From the NCBI GenBank assembly GCA_019913005.1, contig JAIOHL010000124.1, forward strand, positions 31,107-95,106: a stretch of 64,000 nucleotides of DNA, in the 5' to 3' direction. Source of the stretch: Anaerolineae bacterium. GTDB lineage: Bacteria > Chloroflexota > Anaerolineae > Aggregatilineales > J027. The translations under genes and the position numbers were made by a program. Positions 9,461-19,500 of this stretch are shown here, one piece after another (position 1 is the first letter of the stretch; each line of letters begins with the position of its first letter). A model generated the notes under the pieces. It had not been told where the DNA came from. It did no database searches and was given only the letters and a program-made list of their open reading frames with translations.

Positions 9461-10585
9461 CTAATGATCGTCGTGATCTAACAAATCCTCAATCACACGC
9501 AAATCCTGTGTGGCGAATTTATCTTTGGCGATGAGTTCTTGAAGTTTGCGAACTTCTTGCGTCGAGATTTTGCTGTTGCGGGGGTTAAAGACATGATTAA
9601 AGGCCACCCGATAAAGCCGCACGCGCACTAGACGGGGTAGATATTCGGTGGGACTGACATCAGGGGTGATATGGCCGGTAGGTAACAAAATGCTGGCTAA
9701 CAAAATCGTCGCGCCCCACCATTGAATAGTGGTGAACCGTTCGCCCAAAAAAATGAACGACAACGAAATTGAGACCGCCATCTCTAAAATGACCAAGAGG
9801 GTGGTACGAACGCTCCCCAGACCTTTGACTCCTATAAACATCGTCAGGCGGGAAAGGGCGGTTGTGGCGGCAAGACCTAAAATTGCCCACCATGCGTCAA
9901 TATCACCGCTGGTCGGAGCATCAGGGAACAGAGGCAGATTGTAGGCTAAACGGGCTACTGCAACCACCACCGCCATTGTCGTCAGCACATAAAAAGCGAC
10001 GGTTTGGGCAGGCATGTCGTAGAGGGCACGCTGGCTCATGACCACCGTCCCAGCAAACAAGAGGGCATTCCCCATCATTAGGCCAATGCCAAGCCAATTA
10101 GTTTCACCAGCGACTCCACCCGCAATCAACAATATGCCCAGCATGGCAATCCCGGTACGCAGTATGATGCGCCAACTTAACTGCTGACCGCTGATTCGGG
10201 TCAAAATCATCACAAAGACCAGATAGAGGGCGTTAATTAATTGGGCCGTTGAAGCGTTTAACAGAGACAGTCCGTTATAGTACATCAACGAACCGATGCC
10301 GTTGACCGAGCCTATAGCGATGCAGTTCATTAAACCGAGGGGGTAGATATAAAGATATTGCCTAGCAAAAAGGCGGTACACCAACCACAACAACACCGCG
10401 GCCAACACCGTGCGGACGGCTGCAACGGTAAAGGGGTCAGCGCCGTTATGCAGGGCTATTTTGCCAAATACCGGATTCATCCCCAAGAAAATGGGGGTAA
10501 GTAGGGCGGCGACCAGTCCTGACTGTTTTTCAAGCCGTTTCAAATTCATCAGTCCAGACTGTTTTTCAAACCATCTTCGCTTCAC
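9461..10585 (-). CDS. EamA/DMT-family exporter with a ~70-aa soluble C-terminal extension
   Basis: Ten predicted TMs in two EamA-like repeats; hydrophilic tail YLPRLVRVRL...DHDDH. Alternative start at 10549. Confidence 0.85.
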   Translation of the reverse strand: MKRRWFEKQSGLMNLKRLEKQSGLVAALLTPIFLGMNPVFGKIALHNGADPFTVAAVRTVLAAVLLWLVYRLFARQYLYIYPLGLMNCIAIGSVNGIGSLMYYNGLSLLNASTAQLINALYLVFVMILTRISGQQLSWRIILRTGIAMLGILLIAGGVAGETNWLGIGLMMGNALLFAGTVVMSQRALYDMPAQTVAFYVLTTMAVVVAVARLAYNLPLFPDAPTSGDIDAWWAILGLAATTALSRLTMFIGVKGLGSVRTTLLVILEMAVSISLSFIFLGERFTTIQWWGATILLASILLPTGHITPDVSPTEYLPRLVRVRLYRVAFNHVFNPRNSKISTQEVRKLQELIAKDKFATQDLRVIEDLLDHDDH

Positions 10586-10593
10586 ATGACCCC

Positions 10594-11880
10594 TTATTGC
10601 GCGGGAGTCACATCCACAGGGACGGGCACGCGATTGGTCAGCGGAATTTCGATATGAAAGGTGCTGCCGGGCATTTTTTCAACGTCCTGACCCTGACTTT
10701 CAACGTGGATTTTACCTCCGTGTGCCTCGATGATACTTTTACAAATGGATAGCCCTAGCCCCAACCCACCTCCACGAAAGGCGGTTTTGCTGGTGGAATG
10801 GTGCTCGGTTTTTTCAAAGGAATAGAAACTTTCAAAGATACGGTGCTGTTCTTCAACTGGAATCCCAATACCCGAATCGTGAACGGTGATTTTGACCACT
10901 TCGGGGGTCTCGACATGATTGATCGAGACCTTACCCCCATCAGGCGTGAACTTAATGGCATTGCCAATGATATTTGCCAGCGCCAAACGCATCAGTTCAA
11001 AATCTACCATCAGCTTGGTGGGCCACCCGTCGCGGCTAAATTCGACATTCACATTGCGCTGCTGGGCAGCCTGCTTAAAGTCATCCAGCGCATACTGGAT
11101 AATTTCGCCCAAATTCGATTGGGCCAGATTCAATTCAATTTGCCCGGTGGTCAAGCGGTAAACGGTAAAAATCTCATTAATGACATCATGTAGGCGCTCA
11201 ACCGACTCGACCAGTGCATCCACATACGCCCCAATTTCAGGGCTGGACTGAGTTAATAGCTGAATGGGTGGCGCGGTCTGCAATAAACGCCCATAGCCAT
11301 AAATGATGGTCAGCGGCGTGCGGAGTTCATGCGCAGTACGTTTGATAAAGTCGTCTTTGATGACATCCAGTTGGCGTAGTTTGGAATTCGCCGCTTCCAG
11401 ATCACGCAGGCGCTTTTCAAGATGTTCGGTCAGTTCTTTGTGATAATTGCGGCGGGCCTCTTCGGGGTTGGCAACTTTGGGTAAATCTTTGCCCCCCTCC
11501 AAATAAAAGGCGATACGCTTGGGGAAGGAGGCTACATCAATGGGTTTCGCCATGAAACCGGATACGCCGGAAATAAGCGTCATGGCCCGCTGCTTATCGT
11601 CGGTTTGGGCAGTCAGGGCCACAATGGGCATATCGCGGAACTGTTCAAAAGCGCGGAGGCGGGTCGTTACTTCACGTCCGCTCATATCCGGCAAATTGAT
11701 GTCCATTAAGATGAGGTCGGGTTTGTGCTCCAATGCCGCATCAATGCCCTTTAACCCGGTCTCGGCGATAATGATGGTGTAGCCTTTTGGCTGCAAAATA
11801 CGCTTCACCAACGTCGCATTCGAGGGGTTGTCCTCGATATAGAGAATTTTCTTCGGCTTTGGAGCAGGCGATAGTGTCAT
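10594..11880 (-). CDS. Receiver-first hybrid histidine kinase (REC-HisKA-HATPase)
   Basis: ILYIEDN...LMDINLP...ALTA...KP receiver; HELRTP H-box, NAIKFT, DSGIGI and GLGLGL boxes. Confidence 0.93.
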   Translation of the reverse strand: MTLSPAPKPKKILYIEDNPSNATLVKRILQPKGYTIIIAETGLKGIDAALEHKPDLILMDINLPDMSGREVTTRLRAFEQFRDMPIVALTAQTDDKQRAMTLISGVSGFMAKPIDVASFPKRIAFYLEGGKDLPKVANPEEARRNYHKELTEHLEKRLRDLEAANSKLRQLDVIKDDFIKRTAHELRTPLTIIYGYGRLLQTAPPIQLLTQSSPEIGAYVDALVESVERLHDVINEIFTVYRLTTGQIELNLAQSNLGEIIQYALDDFKQAAQQRNVNVEFSRDGWPTKLMVDFELMRLALANIIGNAIKFTPDGGKVSINHVETPEVVKITVHDSGIGIPVEEQHRIFESFYSFEKTEHHSTSKTAFRGGGLGLGLSICKSIIEAHGGKIHVESQGQDVEKMPGSTFHIEIPLTNRVPVPVDVTPAQ

Positions 11881-11901
11881 CGCGTCCTTTCCCCCAGTTC
11901 C

Positions 11902-13569
11902 CTAATTTAGGCTGTCAATAATTCGTTGCAATAATTCTTCGTTTAGGAATGACCCCTTTTGCAAAAATGATTCTACCTGTCCGGCAAGGCGGCTGCGTTC
12001 GACAGGGGTCAGTTCTTTGGCGCTGAGTACAATCACCGGAATGTCCCGTAATTCAGGGGTGGCCTTTAAACGCTCGACCACCTGAAAGCCATCCATTTCC
12101 GGCATCATCAAATCCGTCACAATCAAATCGGGCTTTTCTTGCATAGCGATTTCAAGCCCTTCCCGTCCATTTTGGGCAATGGTGACTTCATGGCCTGCCC
12201 CGCCCTCCAAAATTCGGCGAATCAAACGGGCCGAATCTTCATTGTCTTCAATCACCAACACACGCCGCGCATTGGATGTGCTGACCTTGCCAACCTCAGT
12301 TAAGAGACGATCCGTCGGCAGCGATGGAGTACGACTGGCGTTCGAAATATCCACTTGTTTGGCCCAACGCTCACCCAAGATTTCCTTCTCAACCGGGAAG
12401 GTATGGCCCGTGCAGTTAAACACCACTACGTCGTTGGGTTTGATGACCCCGCGCCGCACCAATTTGACTAATCCAGCAAAACCGACAGCGGTGGCTGGCT
12501 CAACCGAAATACCATCATTCCGCGCCAAAATGCGGGTGGCTTCAAAGGCTTCCTCGTCGGTGGCACTTTCGGCGGCCCCGCCATACTGCTGCATCAATTC
12601 ATACAGTAGTTGATAGGCCCGCCCGGGATTGCCGGTGCTCAGAGTCGCAATGACCGTTTCAGGGTTTTCAACGGGCACGGCCACCGACATCCCATTGTTA
12701 AAAGCATCTACCATCGGGGCACATCCGGTAGATTGGATAATCCCTAGCGAAGGCACCTTGTCTACCAAACCAAGCTCTAGCAATTCTTCAAAGCCCTTTG
12801 CAGCACCGATTGGCCCCATACCGCCGCTGACGGGTTGAATAAACCAATCCGGGGCACGCCAACCTAATTCTTCGGCAATTTCATAGGCGATGGTTTTCAT
12901 ACTTTCCATCGCGGCAATATTTTTGATGCCCTGATCGTAATGAATACCTTGACTTTGGGCAAAACGGACAGCGATTTCTTTGGTTTGGTCATAAGTCCCG
13001 GTAACGTTGACCACCTCCGTCCCATACAAGGCTACCTCTCGAATTTTATCACTAGGCACGAGGTTAGGGAAAAAAGCCCAAAGTTTAATCGCGGCGCGGG
13101 CAGCATAGGCCGAATAAGCAATGGCGACATTCCCCGTACTAGCGACCACAGCTTCTTGAATACCCAATTCCGCCATCGCCGAAATCGCAACTGAGGCTTG
13201 GCGGTCTTTAAAGGAATTGGTCGGGCCTTGACGCTCGTCTTTGATATAGAGATATTTCAGCCCCAGCATCGCGCCAACATTTTTGGCATGAATGAGGGGG
13301 GTATCGCCTTCACCCAACGAGACGATATTTTCGGTATGCTTAATCGGCAGCAGTTCATGATAGCGCCACATGCCACGCTTACGAGTAATAATTTTTTCGC
13401 CCCAGTTGTCACGGCGCAGGGCGTCCAAATCATAACGGGCATAGAGAATATCGTCCCCACAGGTCGGGCAACGTTTGAGCGGACGTTCATAGACGCTGTG
13501 CCAGCCACAGTTTTTACATTCAAGGTGAATCGGTTTCACCTGTGTCGAAGAAAGTTGATCTACGGTCAC
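11902..13569 (-). CDS. Threonine-synthase-like PLP enzyme (fold type II) fused to a C-terminal receiver domain
   Basis: N-terminal CxxC/CxxC ribbon, SLGEGDTPL, TNSFKDR (PLP Lys121), ASTGNV, EPATA and NCTGH. C-terminal VLVIEDN...VTDLMMP...LSA...LQK receiver. GTG start overlaps the TGA of the upstream kinase. Confidence 0.9.
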   Translation of the reverse strand: MTVDQLSSTQVKPIHLECKNCGWHSVYERPLKRCPTCGDDILYARYDLDALRRDNWGEKIITRKRGMWRYHELLPIKHTENIVSLGEGDTPLIHAKNVGAMLGLKYLYIKDERQGPTNSFKDRQASVAISAMAELGIQEAVVASTGNVAIAYSAYAARAAIKLWAFFPNLVPSDKIREVALYGTEVVNVTGTYDQTKEIAVRFAQSQGIHYDQGIKNIAAMESMKTIAYEIAEELGWRAPDWFIQPVSGGMGPIGAAKGFEELLELGLVDKVPSLGIIQSTGCAPMVDAFNNGMSVAVPVENPETVIATLSTGNPGRAYQLLYELMQQYGGAAESATDEEAFEATRILARNDGISVEPATAVGFAGLVKLVRRGVIKPNDVVVFNCTGHTFPVEKEILGERWAKQVDISNASRTPSLPTDRLLTEVGKVSTSNARRVLVIEDNEDSARLIRRILEGGAGHEVTIAQNGREGLEIAMQEKPDLIVTDLMMPEMDGFQVVERLKATPELRDIPVIVLSAKELTPVERSRLAGQVESFLQKGSFLNEELLQRIIDSLN

Positions 13570-16500
13570 GATGCTAAATTCGCCTCAGTTTCTCGGACGG
13601 CCTTGATAAGATCGGTCTCGACAAACGGTTTGACCAAATGGTTGGTCGCCCCAAGCCGATAGCTGTGCTGGGTATCGGTACTGATACTGCATACAATCAC
13701 CGGAATGTGATAGGTCTGATCATTGTCTTTCAGTTTTTCCAACACCTGCCAACCATTCCGATTGGGCATGTTGATGTCAAGCAAAATCATCATGGGGTTA
13801 TGATTGGCAACCATTTCTTCTGCTTCTTCGGGGTTGGTTAGGCCAATGACCTGCCAACCTTCTTTGGTGAGATAACGACGATAGAGATTAATCATGCCCA
13901 ATTCGTCATCAATTGCCAAAATAACCTTCTGACGGGAGGGCTGACGTTCAGCTTTGATTTCATCTACCAAATTATTGAAGTCCGTGCCGAATTCTCTGGT
14001 ATCGGACATCTCCTCTTCGGCAATTTCGGCTGCCGACGGAGGGGGTGGTCCTAGCGGGATGGTAACATAAAAGGTTGAGCCGACCCCCTCTTGGCTTTCC
14101 ACCCATAACCGTCCACCCTGTAACTCTGCCAACGACTGGGACAGTGGCAGACCCAAACCTGTACCCTCAGCGGAACGAGTGGTGGAGTTGTCAATTTGTT
14201 GGAACGCCTCAAAGATCGTATTGAGATATTCCTGTGGAATCCCGATACCCGTATCCCGCACCGCAACGGTAATCATGGGCGGTTCAACGCCGTTTTCAAT
14301 AAAAGCACTGAGAGTAATGCTCCCTTGTTCAGTGAATTTGGCAGCATTAGAAATCAGATTGAATAAGATTTGGCGGGTACGGAATTCATCCCCAAACGCC
14401 TTGTCAATAGACTCTTCAATCTCGGTATGCAGACGAAGATTCTTGTCGCGGGTCAAGCCGATGGCGCTGGACATCACCCCCTTGATGACGGGAGCCAGTT
14501 CGAAGTAATCCAGCGAAAGTTCCATCTTACCCGCTTCGATCTTGGCTTGGTCGAGGATGTCATTCACCAAACCGAGCAGATGTTTCCCGCTGGAATGAAT
14601 AATCTGGATGTCTTGCTTTTGCATGTCATTAATCGGGCCGTCAATGCCCTTCAAAATGACACTTGAGAAGCCGATAATCGAATTCAGCGGGGTGCGGAGT
14701 TCGTGACTCATAGCAGCAAGGAAATTCGTCTTGAGCTGGTCAATTTCACGCAGGCGTTCGTTGGTGCGCTGCAATTCCTCGACCAGCAAGGTGCTTTGAA
14801 CAACCGCCGAGACCGCTGTACTGAGGGCTTGCAGCAAGCGTAGGGTGTCTTCGCCAAACTGGGCCTCGCGTTGGCCTTCCAAGCCCATAACCCCAATCAG
14901 GCTTTCACCACTGGTCATCGGAAGGTAAATCGCGGAACGGGCTGAAACATCCATTGGGGTGTAGGGGCCAAGTTCAAAATTTGGCACGATGATCGGGGCG
15001 CGGGTTTCCGCAACTTGCCCGGCTAGGCCCTCACCAATGGCAACTTTGACAGTGGGTTCAATCGAATGTAGGGTCTGTGAATCGCCCTCTTGGACGGCAA
15101 TCACCATTGCTTGAGCCGCTAACCGATTGCGCCCGACTTCATTGAGGAAAAAGACCACACTGCTCGCGTCCATACGATTTGCCAACACCTGACTGACCGT
15201 TTCCAGCATCACCGAAAGGTTAGGCATGGCGGCGGCGAAGGTGGTGACATCAAACAAGAAGGCCATTTCACCAGCACGCTGCTGGGAGATTTCAAACAAC
15301 TGGGCATTATCAATGGCGACGGCTAGTTGGTCGGCCATTGTAGTCAAAGCCTGCACGTCATCCTCGGTAAACAGACCCGCTTGATTCGACTGCACGTCCA
15401 ATGCGCCCACAACACGGCCTTTCACAACTAGGGGGAAGGCGATTTCAGAGCGTGTATCGGGCAGGTGGGGATTGGGCCGATGGGTTTCACTGAGCGCCGT
15501 ATCCGCTACCAAGACGGGCATACCACGACTGGTGGTTTGCCCAATGACGGAACGTGACCCGACAGGCAGACTGTGATTCAGGCTCAACAATTTTTGCCCC
15601 GCTTCACCTGTCGAAGCACGGAGGATGGCCTTCTGTCCGGCAGCATCCACCATAAAAATCTGAACATGGTCATATTGGAAAGCTTCACGGATGAGGTCTA
15701 CCACGCGCGGGAACAGTTCGTCCAAATTCAAAATAGAGGTCGCAGCACGGCTCACCTGTGCCGAGGTTGTTAGTTGACGGGCACGCAGTTCGGTTTGTTC
15801 AAAGAGACGCTTGTTTTCCAACTGCACGGCGGCTAAGTCAGCCAGTGACTGGTAGATGCGAATTTCGCGTTCTTGATGCTCACGGGTCTCGGCTGAGGCC
15901 AACAAAATTGCGCCGATTAAGCGGGTGGGGGTGCGCAAGGGTACGATCACAAACGAACTAATACGCAAGGCCTTATAACCCAAGCGGGCATCGGTTGAGA
16001 TCGCGGGATCGCGGGAAACATCATCCACCCACTTCATCCTAACGGTTGCGAGATCGTTCCAGAAAGGTAGTTGATTGCGCGTAAACCGAAGGCCTTGCAA
16101 GTCAACCAGTTGGTCACGTCCCCATGACGTGGCGATTTCGAGTTCGGCATTTTCGCTGTTCCAATCTTCGGAACGCAGACTAAGCAGAAATACCTTGTCC
16201 ACAAGCGCATCGGCGGCATAGTCAATCACTGACTGTACAATTTCATCACGACTTTCGGCGTTGGCAATGGCACGGCTGGCTTGATAGAGGACACCAGTTT
16301 CTTCCAATGATTCCTGCGTCTGCCTAAACAGCAGGTCATTTTCAACCAAATAGGCTGCTGCGTCGGCCAATGTCGTAATGAATTGATATTCATCGGGCGT
16401 GAAAATATGAACTTCGCGGAAGCCCATCGAAATACGCCCGACAACGCGACCACCGACGGACAGCGGTACACTTAGAATAGACTGATAGGGCGTTTGGATG

Positions 16501-19500
16501 GCCCGTAATTGACGGACGATCTGATTCATCGTCGCTTCGGACTCGTCATCAATGGACTGGATGTAATATTCATCACGGGTCATTGGGTCAAAATCGCCAA
16601 TCGGCTCACCGGTTTTTGGCACAAGCGGCAGACTGGGTATTTCAGCAAATAAGGGGTCTTTGCTCCATTCCAAACCAAAATAGAAAGAGGCAATATCTTC
16701 TTGCGTGCGCTGTAACAAAACATCTACCCGTTCAGGATTGAAATTCAATAGCTCCATGCGGATGGTATCCAGCATTTCTTCAAGGTCACGCGCCTCGGCA
16801 ATGCGGCGACTGCTGCGATAGAGATTGGCAACCGCACGCAGGGCATCTTGGGTACTTTGGAATAGGAAAATACTATCCAATGCGAGGGCCGTCTGGTCAG
16901 CGATGGCCGTCATAAAACGCCGATCTTCGGCCATAAAGGAATGTTTATCGAAATAGACCACCGCAAACCAACCAAGAGTACGACCTCTGGCCCGCAACGG
17001 AATTGAAGCAAACGACTGGATACCGCTTTGAATGGCCTGCAAGCGCATATTAAATTCAAGGGTTTGGTCAAGAAAACCGATGCTCTGATCAATGTTAGAG
17101 ACAATAATCGGCTCTTCGCTCATCAACAAATTACGTGGTAGCGCCAGCAAATCTACATCAGTAACCCCCGCATAACTTTCCGGCCATGCCGCCACCACAC
17201 GGGTTTGCAGCGGCCCACGATCCATGCCTTCTTGCAAAACCACATAGACCTGATTGGGCATCAAAGTCAGCAACTGATTGACTAGCACATTGGCGAGGTC
17301 ATTAACGCTGGAGGCGGAGGTAATTTGGCGATTGGCCTCATACAGCGCGGTGGTTTCGCTTAGGCTATCCTGCAATGCTTTTTCGAGTTCGCGCAGTTCG
17401 GTAATTTCTTGGAAGACCGCCACTACCGACGAAATCTCACCGCCCTCATTGCGAATGGGCGCGACGTTTGCGAGCAAGTCCACCCGGCGACCATCCGGGT
17501 ATTCCACCGAGATGTTTTCTGCACTGACGATGGCCCCCTCACGCAAAGCAATGGTGGTGGGGAATTCTTCAGACGGGTAAAGCTCGTCCGTGCCCAGTTT
17601 ATAAATCGGGAAGGTGTTTGATGAAAACAGAGCTTTATTGACCCCGCCGCCAAAAAGATCAACAGCGCGTTGATTGGAAAGCAGGCTGTTGCCACGCGGG
17701 GCTAACAAGAGCACGCCGGCAGGCATGGCTTCAAGGGTAGATTGCAGTGTCTGGCGTTGATTTTCAATGGCCGCAAAGAGCCGCTGATTTTCGGTAGCGA
17801 TGGCAAGCTGGCTGGCAAGCGTGGTTGCCAATTGAATATCGCGTTCATCCAAATCGTGCTGTGATGCACGCCGACCAATTAAGAGCGCCCCGATCACCAC
17901 TTCATTGCTGGTCATGACCGGAACGGCTAGATGCTTGCCATATACGATATGTTCTTGGGCAGAAAGCTTGCCGAACGTCGGGTGAACCCGTTCATTGACC
18001 AAAACGACTTGGCGAATTAACACGGATTCAGTAACGGCATTACGGTCACGCTTCAGGTTCATACGTTGCGGCATAAAGGGGGTGTCGCCTGATTCTTGGG
18101 GTGAAAAGGCCGCTACCTGACGGAGCGATTGCCCATCCGTATCCAAAACCCCAAACCACCAGCGGCCAAAATCACCGGGGTCAGACACGGCGCGGAACAG
18201 GCGGTTTACGTCAGACTCAAAATCCGTGCTGATACGACTAGCCAACTGACCTGCGTCGGCCAATGCCAATGCTCGCCGCGCTTCTTTTTGGACTTCTTCT
18301 AGCAGGCGGCGATTTTCAACCGCGATTGCCAATTGGTCACCAACTGCCGAGGTAAAACTCATGTAATTTTCGCTAAAGGCACGCGGCGTTTGACTACTGC
18401 ACACCAAAACCCCAAACCATTTTGCACCCGTAACCAGCGGCATAAGATAGAGGGTTTCGGCATTAAACGTCCTCAGCAGGTAGCCCAAGATTTGGTCAGT
18501 GTCCTCAAGATCGTTCAGTTCATGGGCATGAATGAGCATGGGGCTACGGGGGGCAAGTTCAAATTGGGCCGAAAGCCCCTGTTGTAATAAAGGTACACGC
18601 TGACCAGTCTCCCAAGCGGAGATACTGCCGATACGCGACCACAGATGCGCGACAATGACATTTGGAGCCAAATGGGACGGGAAAGGATCGGCCAACAAAA
18701 TCGCTAGGCTATCAAGATTTTCATAATAGCCTAACTGCTCAGTGATAAGGGCATAAACGGCTTCAATATTAAGTTCAGCAGCACTACTGACCGTGCGGGC
18801 CATTTCATAGAGACGCTGCGATTCGCCAAGCGCCATCTGGGTTTGCTGGAATAGGCGGGCATTGTCTACCGCGAGCGCCACACGTACCGCAACCGCATCA
18901 ATCAAAGCCTGTTCATCTTTGCTCAACTGGGCACGCTGCGGTGCTTTGGTCTCGATCTGCCCAATTGGTTTGCCACCCACTGAAATTTGAGTGCTGTATA
19001 CGGAATGTTCATCACTTGGTGGAGGCAGCAGATTGCCGTTTTCTGGTGTATCAGGTTGAATCGGCTTGACACCGATCAGGTCATATTGATAACCCAACTG
19101 CACATCATCGGGTTGGATACGGGCAAATTCTTCCCATGCTTTTTCGGTTAAGCGCTGATTGAGCAAGGCAACTTCATCCACTCGCTGTTCAAGTTCTTCA
19201 ATCAGGCGGGCATTGTTGATCGCAATCGCCAATTGGTCAGCCAACACTTGGAAAATTTCAATATCTTCCGGGCTATAGGCTTCGGGGCGGATACTTTGAA
19301 TATCCAACGCACCGATCACTCGGTCTTCAACCTTGAGGGGCAGGGCCATTTCTGAGCGGGTATTGGGCAATTCCACATTGGGCTGCCAAGGAACTTCAGT
19401 GGAAGTGGTGTCGCCGGCGATGACCGTGACACCCAGCGCGGTCACACGGCCAATCACGGAATTTGATCCAACCGCCAGTTTATGTTTTTTGGCAAGAAGG

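Noticed and set aside
11902-13569. Assigning the gene symbol thrC
   Set aside because: The substrate-phosphate ligands appear substituted and the protein is REC-fused, so the function is not safely threonine synthesis.
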